A stretch of 55,093 nucleotides of DNA, the filler included, from Jimgerdemannia flammicorona (taxonomy: Eukaryota): assembly GCA_003990765.1 (NCBI GenBank). It is 3 parts of 3 records of this genome, joined end to end, with 100 filler letters (N's around TTAATTAATTAA, not from the genome) between each part and the next. Parts side by side here need not be neighbours in the genome. Positions count along the whole stretch, not along the records: positions 36,797 to 55,093 come from RBNJ01002247.1; 2 more parts are not named here. The stretch is one strand, 5' to 3'. Made by a program: the position numbers and the translations under genes. A model generated the notes under the pieces. It ran no database searches, had not been told where the DNA came from, and was given only the letters and a program-made list of their open reading frames with translations. Shown in pieces: positions 37,401-48,382 of this stretch (position 1 is its first letter; the number at the start of each line of letters is the position of its first letter).

Positions 37401-38741
37401 CTAATAGCTTCTATTCTTTAATACTTTCACTTTTTCCTGAGACTGGAGTAGTATCTTTAATAATTTGGCAGGTAGCTTTATCTAACTCTATATTTTAATC
37501 AATCTCCTCAGGTTGGATCTTACTTTGAATAGTAATAGTTGAGATCTTTTTTGGTCTTCCAACTAGCTTGCTGTTGTCTTTCTTATTATAGAGCTTGGAC
37601 CAGGTTCTGGTATCTTCAGTAACAGGGTAGAATTTGAACTTCTTATAGTATTCTTCATCATTAGTACCACCAATCTCCTCAATGACTATAGTATTGATTT
37701 ATTCTCTAGTTCTGGTAGTATCACTTGGTTGCTATATCTTGTTTTGATTATGTAATTCTTTGTATAGTAGCCTTCTTCTCTATATTTGAAGTATGTGATA
37801 ATGCATTCCTCTATAGTAATTGTAAACTTCTGCACTGGTCTCCTGTTGGCACTTTATACTTCTCTAATAATATCACTAAGATATATAGTCATCTTGGCAA
37901 ACTGCTGAGTGAGTTCCTCCACTGGATCAGCTTTGGTCATCTTGGGAGTAAGTAGAGATAGTTATCTGTTAATGGCTATGGTAAGTATAATACTGGTTAA
38001 CTTTGATAGCTCTATCTTGATACCAGTTATTCTTTCTATTAAGTATTTGGCAGAGTATCTGGTAGTCTAATATCTCTATGCAAAGATCACTTTCTGATCA
38101 AGAGTCAGAGCAGCTGAGGTAGACCAGATTTCTAGAGCAATTTCATGGTGGACTTCTTTTAGAAAGGTTGAATTAGCTATCTGTTCCTTGAGAATATTAT
38201 TATAGCTAGCTAAGATAATCTAGTGATAGATTCAAGTATAAAATGAGGAGGAAGAAGGCCTAGCAGGAGCCAAGGGAGCGAACCCAGAGCCAGTGTCAAA
38301 GTGAATGGAAGACATGTGGAAGAGTGTGTATAAGGGGGACGAACAAAGAACATAACTGAAAATGCATCAGCTGTTTATTGCCACATAAAAATATAGTCCT
38401 TATATACAAAATACGACAACTCAAAAGGGAGGATGCGCCACAACTCGGGGCGAACTGAATTAGAAACCACATGACCACCGGAGATAGGCAGAGATAAAGG
38501 GGGAGCCAATCCCAGTTACAGGATAAAAATCACAAACAAACACAAACAAAAACAAATCCAAATTGAGATTAAAAAACATCTGCAGACCCTGGAGGGGTGA
38601 GCGTGAGCGAGGGGTGAGGCCGAAATGGAATGAGCTGCAGCGAGCCTGAGCGAAGCGAGGGGCCGAAGGCAGCGGAGGGGAGTGGAGTAAGGCCGAGACC
38701 CCGGAGTGAGCGCGAGACCCCGGAGGGGGCAAGGATGTTTT

Positions 38742-40816
38742 TTAATCCTCTCCAGCAGAACCGGAGGCACCAGAAGGTGATGAAAACGCAAAATGAGAGT
38801 GATGGATTGAAGAAGAAATAGAAGGAAGATGTGAACGAGCAATCAGAGGGCATCGGGAAAGAGATGAAAGTCCATGGCATGAAAGAGAAGAGTGCAGGAC
38901 GGTATCAGAGCATTGAGCAACCCAGCAAGCATGATCAAATGGTACAACAAGAATCGGGAGTGGGAAAGAAGAGGGGGTATGGAGAGGGTAAGGGGGGAGA
39001 GAGGGAAGAGAGGGAGGATAAAGAGGAGAGAGAAGGGTAGAGCGAACAACAGACCATTCAACAGAAGCAAGCAGATCACGAACAATAGAAATAGGGTAGG
39101 CACAACGATGGACCACGAAGTTGCCAAGAACCCGAACAGCAGACATCTAATCAGAACGATGGGAGTAGCATAGTACAAGACGACGAGCCTCACCCCGAAT
39201 GCATTCAAGAAGAGTGTGATGAGGATGATTGGACAAGAAGTCAGGGAACTATTGGGAACAGGGAAAACGAGAATAAACAACAGTTCAGAAAGGAGAAAGA
39301 GAAATGGAAAGGTCCAAAAAGGGAATACTAGTCATACCGCACACCCAGGTAATAGAATGGTGGGGAGGGTAGATGCCCAGGAATACACTAGGGATATCAA
39401 CACCAGCAATAGTAAAGACAATAAAGTCATCAATGTATTGGTGAAAGAAGATATCCTCAGCCCGGAACGCAATGGAAAGAGGTGAAGTAATATCACATAA
39501 TGCACGCAATTCGTTGGCCAGGCCGACAAGGTTGGTAAGGGTGGGGGCACAATTCATACCCATGGCAATACCAGAAGTCTGGTGAAAGGAGCCAAGGGCC
39601 GACTCAAAATAATTAGAGCTGCAGACGAGGAGCATAAGCTCAACAATGGAAGCCAGCGAAACTGGGGAATCCAAAGGAAAAACCAAGGAACCCAAGAAGC
39701 GAAGGCAGTCATCGATCTCATCAAAATGAATAGCAGTATAGAAGGAAGAGAAGTCACCAGAGGCCAAATGGGAAAAATGGTGAACAGGCACAATGGTGGA
39801 GCAGAGAAGGGCAAGCTCCTGAGTATCATGAAGAATAGTATACTCAGGCCCAAGATGGTGTTGTAAGAGAGCCATCCAGGAGAGAAAGAAGCAGGATAAC
39901 TACTTCGAAATCTCCATGGTAGGAGAACTGTAAGCAGCCGTAATAGGACGCCAAGCCAAAATAGGCTTGTGAACTTTAGGAAGAGCGTAGAAAACTGGAA
40001 GAGAAATATCCAGGGAGGACAAAGAGTCCTGGAAGAAGTTAAAAATGGGGTTCGTGAATGGGGAATCCGAAAGCGATCTAGCGTGAGCCAGAGAAACCCG
40101 AAGAAGAGTGAGAACCTCATCCAATCCAAGAGCACTAGGCTTGTAAGCCGTGGCTCGAAGGAGGGCAGAAAGGCCATCAAGGTAGAGCGACTTAGGAATA
40201 AGTGCAAAATCTTGATTCTTATCAGTGACTGTGAGCAAATGCATAGGCAATTGCTTGACCGATTTAAGCACAGTACGCACAGCACAGTCCGAAACCAAGC
40301 AAGAGTGAGTACGGACAGTGAGCAAGCCATGTCGAGGAATACACAGTGTGAAGAGACATTGGGAGGGGGGACCCAATCGCTAGGAACAAAATAGTGAGAG
40401 GGTATCTCACCACGATCTTGAAAGAAAATGGCAAGGTCAAGAGTACGACAAAAACGTGTTAGACGAGCCAGATCAGTGAAGGAGAATTGTAAGGGAGTCA
40501 CAGGAAAAACAAAGCGAGGACCCAAGGATAAGGCAAAGACTTGAAGGGGAGAAAGGGGGCAGTCAGCCAAAGAAAAAGGAGGAGACAAAAGTGTTCCAAG
40601 AGAAGAGTAAACCCGAAAATTCAGGACAAGCAACTGGGAAAGGCGAAGGGGGGACAGCATGAGGAACCACTCAGGGTATACTAGAAGCGATGACGGAATC
40701 CGAGAAGGGACGGGGACACCGGGGGAGAACCACGCCGGGGGGAAGTTTAAGAGCAGGAGGCCTTCCCCTTCCCTCTGACTTTTTTTGAAGATGGTGAACT
40801 CGACGAATAAGAGCAC
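38742..40816 (-). pseudogene. Penelope-like RT, unit 1
   Basis: TDKN, FYALPKVHK..AWRPI, GDFSSFYT, GIAMGMNCAP, YIDD, PFLDL. One small frameshift near 40320 and several nonsense codons. Confidence 0.9.
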
Positions 40817-41979
40817 ACCCTGTCAGAGTGCCAGACCTTGTGGCCACAGACTTTCATGCAGCCCTTACATTCAGGGGCACGGGGAGAGGAGGTGGAGGAG
40901 GAACTGGCGGAGGAGGAACTGGCGGAGGAGGCCGAAGGCGAGCGAGCAGTCGAAGGGGCAGCAGCATGAGGGACACCACCATGAGGACAGACAGACTTGG
41001 CCGGGTGCCAGTAGGCACGGTGGAGGCGACCGGAGCAGACAGCACAAGGCCAGGCCCCAACAGGGCGAGAACCAAGTTGGCGGCCACGCTTGGAGATAGG
41101 GGGAATAGAGGAGGAAGCCTTGGTGGGGGAGGGGGACCGGGAAGAGGCCGACGAAGCCTGGTTGGGCTTGGTGGGGGTCTTGGCGGGGGTCTTGGAGGGG
41201 GTCTTGGCGGCGGCAGCGGCAAAGGAACGAACCTCAGCACAAGCAGCAGCACGAGCTTTGGCACGGATTGCCTCGGAGACCGAAACCTTGGAAGAGATAG
41301 GCAGAGGAGCAGTGGCGGCGGCGCAAGCAGCGGCGGCAGCACGAGATGACTCCTGCTCGTGAAGGCGAGTAACAAAAGAGGTGCTGGTGAGGAGGAAGCG
41401 ATGTACAGCATCGATGTCAGCGGCGACAGAAGGAACGTCTTGGATGGCGAAGCCACAGAAGGGGGCAGCATCCGAAAGGCGAGAGGAGGCGAAGGCCACG
41501 AAAGCGGCACAGGCACGTTGGAAGGAGGCAGAAGTGGTGGCAGCGGAAGCAGCAGTGGCATCAGTGGCAGCGAGCTTGGCAGCGGCAGTAGCGGCACGGA
41601 CCTCTTTGGAGAGAGCTTGGTGGCGGGCCTTGGGGAGAACAGAGTAGTGGACGGCAGGCGGAGTGATGATATCGACGTCACAGTGGAGATGAGCCTCCTT
41701 GGCGGAGAGGGCAAGAACCAACCGGAACTGAGAGAGGAGCAGACAACCAGAAGGATGAAGGTCCAGAGGGAGGGAAAGGATGGCAGCAGAGACGTAGGTC
41801 TCAAAGGAGACAGTGGCGGGGGTGAAGACAGGGGGAGGGGGAGGAGAAAGTACCTCATCCATGAGCTCGTCGACGAGGACAGAGGCCCCGAGGGCAGGCG
41901 GTACAGCAGAGGAGGAAGAAGGCCCAGCGGGAGTCAAGAGAGCAAACCCAGAGCCAGTGTCAAAGTGAACGGAAGACAT
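40747..41979 (-). CDS. ORF1 of the Penelope-like element, unit 1
   Basis: Open frame of about 410 aa from the ATG at 41979. Ala/Ser/Pro-rich with two CxxC-x8-WH-x4/5-C motifs; also open in unit 2. Confidence 0.75.
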   Translation of the reverse strand: MSSVHFDTGSGFALLTPAGPSSSSAVPPALGASVLVDELMDEVLSPPPPPVFTPATVSFETYVSAAILSLPLDLHPSGCLLLSQFRLVLALSAKEAHLHCDVDIITPPAVHYSVLPKARHQALSKEVRAATAAAKLAATDATAASAATTSASFQRACAAFVAFASSRLSDAAPFCGFAIQDVPSVAADIDAVHRFLLTSTSFVTRLHEQESSRAAAAACAAATAPLPISSKVSVSEAIRAKARAAACAEVRSFAAAAAKTPSKTPAKTPTKPNQASSASSRSPSPTKASSSIPPISKRGRQLGSRPVGAWPCAVCSGRLHRAYWHPAKSVCPHGGVPHAAAPSTARSPSASSASSSSASSSSTSSPRAPECKGCMKVCGHKVWHSDRVCSYSSSSPSSKKVRGKGKASCS

Positions 41980-42405
41980 GTGGAAGAGCGTATATAAGGG
42001 GGACAAATAAAGAACATAACCGAAAATGCATCAGCTGTTTATTGCCACGTAAAAACATAGTCCTTATATACAAAATATGATGACCCAAAAGGGAGAATGC
42101 GCCACAACTCGGGGCGAACCGAATTAGAAACCACATGACCGCTGGAGATAGGCGGAGATAAAGGGGGAACCAATCCCAGTTACAGGATAAAAATCACAAA
42201 CAAATACAAACAAAAACAAATCCAAATCGAGATTAAAAAACATCTGCAGACCTCGGAGGGGTGAGCGCGAGCGAGGGGTGAGGCCGAAACGGAGCGAGCT
42301 GCAGTGAGCCTGAGCGAAGCGAGGGGCTGAAGGCAGCGGAGGGGAGCAGAGTAAGGCCGAGACCCCAGAGCGAGTGTGAGACCCCGGAGGGGGTAAGGAT
42401 GTTTT

Positions 42406-44490
42406 TTAATCCTCTCCAGCAGAACCGGAGGCACCAGAAGGTGATGAAAATGCAAAATGAGAGCAAAGGATTGAAGAAGAAATAGAAGGAAGACATGAAT
42501 GAGCAATCAGAGGGTGTCGGGAAAGAGATGAAAGTCCATGGTATGAAAGAGAAGAGTGCAGGATGGTATCAGGGCGTTGAGCAACCCAGCAAGCACGATC
42601 AAATGGTATAACAAGAATTGGGAGTGGGAAAGAAGAGGGGGTATGGAGAGGGTAAGGGGGGAGAGAGGGAAGAGAGGGGGGATAAAAAGGAGAGAGAAGG
42701 GTAGAGCAAACAACAGACCATTCAACAGAAGCAAGCAGATCACGAATAATAGAAATAGGGTAGGCACGATGATGGACCATGAAGTTGCCAAGAACCCGAA
42801 CAGCAGACACCCAATCAGAATGACGGAAGCAGCATAGTGCAAGACGACGAGCCTTACCCCGAACGCATTCAAGAAGAGTGTGACAAGGATGATTGGACAA
42901 GAAGTCAGGGAACTGTTGGGAACAGGGAAAATGGGAATAAACAACAGTTCGGAAAGGAGAAAGAGAAATGGAAAGGTCCAAAAAGGGAATACTAGTCGTA
43001 CCGCACACCCAGGTAATAGAATGGTGGGGAGGGTAGATGTCCAGGAACATACTAGGGATATCAATACCAGTAACAGTGAAGACAATAAAGTCATCAATGT
43101 ATCGGCAAAAGAAGATATCCCCAGCCCAGAACACAATGGAAAGAGGTGAAGTAATATCACATAACGCACACAATTCGTGGGCCAGGCCGACAAGGTTGGT
43201 AAGGGTGGGGGCACAATTCGTACCCATGGCAATACCAGAAGTCTGGTGAAAGGAGCCAAGGGCCGACTCAAAATAATTAGAGCTGCAGATGAGGAGCATA
43301 AGCTCAACAATGGAAGCCAGTGAAACCAGGGAATCTAAAGGAAAAACCAAGGAACCCAAGAAGCGAAGGCAGTCATCGATCTTATTAAAATGAATAGCAG
43401 TATAGAAGGAAGAGAAGTCACCAGAGGCCAAATGGGAAAAACGGTGAACAGGCACAATGGTGGAGCAGAGAAGGGCGAGCTCCTGAGTATCACAAAGAAT
43501 AGTATACTCAGGCCCAAGATGGTGTTGTAAGAGAGCCATCCAGGAGAGAAAGAAGCAGGATAACCACTTCAAAATCTCCGTGGTAGGAGAACTGTAAGCA
43601 GCCATAATAGGACACCAAGCCAAAATAGGCTTATGAACTTTAGGAAGAGCGTAGAAAACCAGAAGAGAAATATCTGGAGAGGACAAAGAGTTCTAGAAGA
43701 AGTTAAAAATGGGGTTCGTGAATGGAGAATCCAAAAGTGATCTAGCGTGAGCCAGAGAAACCCGAAGAAGAGTGAGAACCTCATCCAATCCAAGAGCACT
43801 AGGCTCATAAGCCGTGGCTCGAAGGAGGGCAGAAAGGCCATCAAGGTAGAGTGACTTAGGAATAAGTGCAAAACCTTGATTCTTATCAGTGACTGTGAGC
43901 AAATGCATAGGCAATTGCTTGACCGATTTAAGTGCGGTATGCACAGCACGGTCTAAAACCAAGCAAGAGCAAGCACGTCCAGGAACGGACAGCGAGCAAG
44001 CCATGTCGAGGAATACACAGTGTGAAGAGACATTGGGAGGGGGGACCCAATCGCTAGGAACAAAATAGCAAGAGGGCATCTCACCATGATCTTGAAAGAA
44101 AATGGCAAGGTCAAGAGCATGACGAAAACATGTTAGATAAGCCGGATCAGTGAAGGAGAATTGTGAGGGAGTTGCAGGAAAAACAAAGCGAGGACCCAAG
44201 GATAAGGCAAAGACTTGAAGGGGAGAAAGGGGGCAGTCAGTCAAAGAAAAAGGAGGAAACAAAAGTGTTCCAAGAGAAGAGTAAATCTGAAAATTCGGGA
44301 CAAGCAACTGGGAAAGATGAAGGGGGGACAGCATGAGGAATCACTCAGGGTGCACCAGAAGCGACGATGGAATCCGAGAAGGGACAGGGACACTGGAGGA
44401 GAACCACGCTGGGGGGAAGTTTAAGAGCGGGAGGCCTTCCCCTTCCCTCTGACTTTTTTTGAAGGTAGCAAACTCAATGAATAAGAGCAC
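42406..44490 (-). pseudogene. Penelope-like RT, unit 2 (no frameshift; stops near 44340 and 43693)
   Basis: FYALPKVHK, GIAMGTNCAP, RYIDD, FLDL, and FLSNHP...VRGKARRL (PLE thumb). Ends in a short Pro/Ser tail with no nuclease. Confidence 0.92.
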
Positions 44491-45650
44491 ACCCCATCAG
44501 AGTGCCAGACCTTGCAGTCACAGGCTTTCGTGTAGCCCTTATATTCAGGGGCATGGGGAGAGGAGGCGGAGGAGGAACCGGTGGAGGAGGCCGAAGGCAA
44601 GCGAGCAGCTGAAGGGGCAGCAGCACAAGGGACACCACCATGAGGACAGACAGACTTGGCCGGGTGCCAGTAGGCATGGTGGAGGCAACCGGAGCAGACA
44701 GCACAAGGCCAGGCCCTGACAGAGTGAGAACCAAGTTGGCGACCACGCTTGGGGGCAGGGGGAATAGAGGAGGAAGCCTTGGCAGGGGAGGGGGACCAGG
44801 AAGAGGCCGACAAAGCCTGGTTGGGCTTGGTGGGGGTCTTGGCGGGGGTCTTGGAGGGGGCCTTGGCAGCAGCAGCAGCAAAGGAACGAACCTCAGCATG
44901 AGCAGCAGCATGAGCTTCGGCGCAGATTGCCTCGGAGACCGAAACCTCAGGGGAGGTAGGCAGAGGAGCAGTGGCGGTGGCGCGAGCAGCGGCAGCAGCA
45001 CGAGATGACTCCTGCTTGTGAAGGTGAGCAACAAAAGAGGTGCCAGCGAGGAGGAAGCAACGTACAGCATCGATGTCGGCGGTGACAGAAGGAACATCTT
45101 GGATGGCGAAGCCGCAGAAGGGGGCAGTATCCGAAAGGCGAGAGGAGGCGAAGGCCACGAAAGCAGCACAGGCACATTGAAAGGAGGCAGAAGCGGTGGC
45201 GGCAGAAGCAGTGGTGGCATCAGCGGCAGCGAGCTTGACAGCGGCAGTAGTGGCACAGACCTCTTCAGAGAGGGCTTGGCGGCGGGCCTTGGGGAGAACA
45301 GAGTAGTAGACAGTGGGCGGAGCGACGATGTCGATGTTACGGCGGAGACAAGCCTCCTTAGTGGAGAGGGCAAGAACTGACCGGAACTGAGAGAGGAGTG
45401 GACAACCAGAAGGACGAAGGTCCAGTGGGAGGGAAAGAATGGCAGCAGAGACGTAGGTCTCGAAGGAGACAGTGGCGGGGGTGAAGGCAGGGGGAGGGGG
45501 AGAAGGAAGTACCTCATCCATGAGCTCATCGACGAGGACGGAGGCCCCGAGGACAGGCGATATAGCAGAGGAGGAAGAAGGCCCAGCAGGAGCCAAGGGA
45601 GCGAACCCAGAGCCAGTGTCAAAGTGAATGGAAGATATGTGGAAGAGCAT
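44421..45650 (-). pseudogene. ORF1 of the Penelope-like element, unit 2
   Basis: Open frame homologous to unit 1. The equivalent ATG is mutated to ATA and Cys>Tyr changes affect the second finger. Confidence 0.7.
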
Positions 45651-46055
45651 GTATAAGGGGGACGAACAATAAACATAACCGAAAATGCATTAGCCGTTTA
45701 TTGCCACATAAAAATGCAGTCCTTATATACAAAATAGATGACCCAAAAGGGAGGACGTGCCACAACTCAGGGTGAACCGAATTAGGAACCACATGACCAC
45801 TGGAGATAGGCGGAGATAAAGGGGGAGCCAATCCCAGTTGCAGGATAAAAATCACAAACAAACACAAACAAACACAAATCCAAATCAAGATTAAAAAACA
45901 TCTGCAGACCCTGGAGGGGTGAGCGCGAGCGAGGGGTGAGGCCGAAACGGAGCGAGCCACAGTGAGCCCGAGTGAAGCGAGGGGCCGAAGGCAGCGGAGG
46001 GGAGCAGAGTAAGGCTGAGACCCCGGAGCGAGTGTGAGACCCCGGAGGGGGCAAG

Positions 46056-46391
46056 GATGTTTTTTAATCTCAATTTGGATTTGTTTTTGTTTGTATTTGT
46101 TTGTGATTTTTATCCTGCAACTGGGATTGGCTCCCCCTTTATCTCTGCCTATCTCCGGCGGTCATGTGGTTCCTAATTCGGTTTGCCCTGAGTTGTGGCA
46201 CGTCCTCTCTTTTGGGTCATCATATTTTGTATATAAGGACTGCATTTTTATGTGGCAATAAATGGCTGATGCATTTTCGGTTACGTTCTTTGTTCATCCC
46301 CCTTATACATGCTCTTCCACATATCTTCCGTTCGCTTTGACACTGGCTCTGGGTTCGCTCCCTTGGCTCCCACTGGGCCTTCTTCCTCCTC
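46056..46391 (+). repeat. Inverted terminal arm (about 335 bp)
   Basis: Reverse complement of 38245-38580 and 45568-45902. Confidence 0.93.
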
Positions 46392-46806
46392 TGAGATCTT
46401 TGCTGAGTTCTTGGTAGATAGTATTGAGTTGATCTTTGAGAGCTTGCTTGATCTCTTTGATATAGTATGTAGTTCTAAGGAAGTTCTTCATATTGGCAAG
46501 TTTGGCTATACTAATATCAGCAATAGTAGTTGTATTGAACTTATCTCTGGCAGATCCTCTGAGGCTGACTAGTAGAAGGACCAATTGTATATCTACAGTA
46601 AGAGCTCATATGATAGCAAATTGTTCAAAGTTTTCAATAAAGGTCAGAATTGACTCTTTAGTAGTAAATCCATAAAATATGGGGGAATGTATTTCTATCT
46701 TGTCTTAAATTCTTATAGAGAGTGACTCTTGTAGTCAGAGTAGTTGTTGTAGTAGCTGTTTATTTTTTAGCTTATTTGTCTTGAATCACTAGCCAATAGG
46801 TACTAA

Positions 46807-48382
46807 GTTATTACATAGTAAGTACTGAGTCCTTTAAATATATCAGGTTTTCTTCAAGATATATCTCTTAAACTAACTATAAGTTTGTTATAAGTAAGTT
46901 CTTATTGGAGTACCTTCACAAGGTCTTATAGTCCTCAAACTTCTTATTTTTAAACTGTCTTGTTATCTCTTAGATTACTTATATAGAATTGAGTATAAGT
47001 GAACTGAGAGAACTGACTTTATTTTAAAGAAAATGAGAGGGATATTTATATAAAATATAATTCAATAGTTGCTAAGATATAAAGCTAAATATAAATTCCA
47101 ATAACCAAATAAATAAGATACTGAAATATAGAAAACTTTGGTTGTAAGTACAAATTTGAGTATCTGTATAAATAGTTGTATAAGTTTAGGATGTCAGTAT
47201 AATTTCAGTTATACAAGAAAAAAATACCTAAAGATTTAGATATTCAGATAAACAGTTATATAAGGAACTCAGAGCAGAATGTTCAGAATTCTAGAAGTTT
47301 TATCTTCATTACTATTATTAAGGCTAGAGGTCAGGATGTCTTTAAACAAAATGAAGTTGGCAAATATTTCATCCATTTTATATATTTCATATGTTGTATA
47401 TTTTGCATGCTTCATATATATATCACTAATTAGTAGAATGATATCATTGCTAATAATATCATTATAGATGATATGTATCATCACATTTAGTGGTAGAAGT
47501 AAAGAGATCAGGAGCTCTCTAATCTATGAGGTTCTTCTCTGCAAAGTAAAGGACAAAGGTAAGATCTTGAGGGGGTCTGACTTGAATATTGGGGCCTTGA
47601 AATACTTTGTAGAAATTGATCAGAATTGTCCTTGAGGATGGGATTCCAGAACTCTCCTATCTCATTATTTTTAAGAGTAATGGTAGATTGGGCTTCAGTG
47701 GCCACTATGATCTCTAGTACATTAGTATGGCAGGCTAACAACTCCTTGAAGTCTATAACTCTGGTATACTCCAAGTTGGGGATTGACCAAGGTATATATC
47801 TGAAGATCTGATAGATCTTCTTGACTACTCTCAATTTGTATATATTCATGAGAGTAACATCTTATATTTCTTAGAGACTGGTCTGAAGGAACTCCCAGTA
47901 GAGAAGGTTTCCTATTTCATATTTCTGCTATATCCAGAGATATTCAGTAGCAATATTGATTCTTATTTTAATTTTATAGTAGTCAAGCGATAAAGTGGTA
48001 AAAGTCACTAGTATCTAGGTTAAGGCTAGGAGTCTTTCTTATTCAGGTCCTCATAGCTCTCCTGATATCTTGAAATATCCTTTCTTAAACTGAGAAGCTT
48101 TGGTAGTTTCTAGACCTTGAGATTTGGTGGGCAGTAGGTATTTTTTAGTTATAGTAAGTCTTGTTTGAGTTACTACTACTACAGTTCCTTAGTCCTTTTT
48201 TTATATTCTTTAAGATATCTATCTTGTGATTATGATGACTTATGATGGCTTATAATTGATCATCATTGCTCATCTTATAGTCTAGATGAGTCATGCTATA
48301 TGATCTTCTTGTACTCCAATCTAGTAGCTTATAAGAAAAGACTGTCTTCTAATAATATTACTATTCTGAGGTCATCATTACA
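46807..48382 (-). repeat. Full-length family A LTR (about 1.58 kb)
   Basis: Contains both halves of 5957-6471 plus 1.07 kb with AATAAA (near 47020), TATA (near 47047) and an ORF remnant. Confidence 0.72.
47508..48080 (-). pseudogene. LTR U3 ORF homolog
   Basis: IFQDIRRA, LNLDTSDFYHFI, QKYEIGNLL and IYQIFRYIPWSIPNL match IFEAIKKA, LNFYTEDLGHFI, HDYEIGHRL and VHQIFCHIPWAIAHL of 21961-23061. Confidence 0.72.

Larger units (their letters stand above)
38245..46391 (-). mobile_element. Endonuclease-less Penelope-like element: two 3.66-kb tandem units + pseudo-LTR + inverted terminal arm
   Basis: gaggaggaagaaggcc recurs at 38245, 41909 and 45568, and inverted ending at 46391. PLE-type RT; no GIY-YIG motif seen. 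Confidence 0.9.
37405..48382 (-). mobile_element. Second Gypsy A copy (5' LTR + gag), split by the Penelope-like array
   Basis: 37405-38244 matches 4700-5530 and 46392-47015 matches 5533-6157. The LTR ends ...ttaca at 48382. Confidence 0.85.

Noticed and set aside
38610..38630. tgaggccgaaa(c) resembling a hammerhead ribozyme
   Set aside because: No CUGANGA core at the right place in any of the three copies, and it is on the antisense strand. The sense-strand ctgatgca also fails. A covariance search is still worthwhile.
40785..41997. Long Gly-, Arg- or Leu/Pro-rich overlapping ORFs (e.g. 40854-41858, 41359-41997, 44474-45676)
   Set aside because: Alternative-frame and antisense shadows of the GC-rich ORF1, with no independent coding evidence.
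38245..46391. DIRS/Ngaro element, suggested by the inverted termini
   Set aside because: RT motifs are Penelope-type; no tyrosine recombinase or RNase H is seen.
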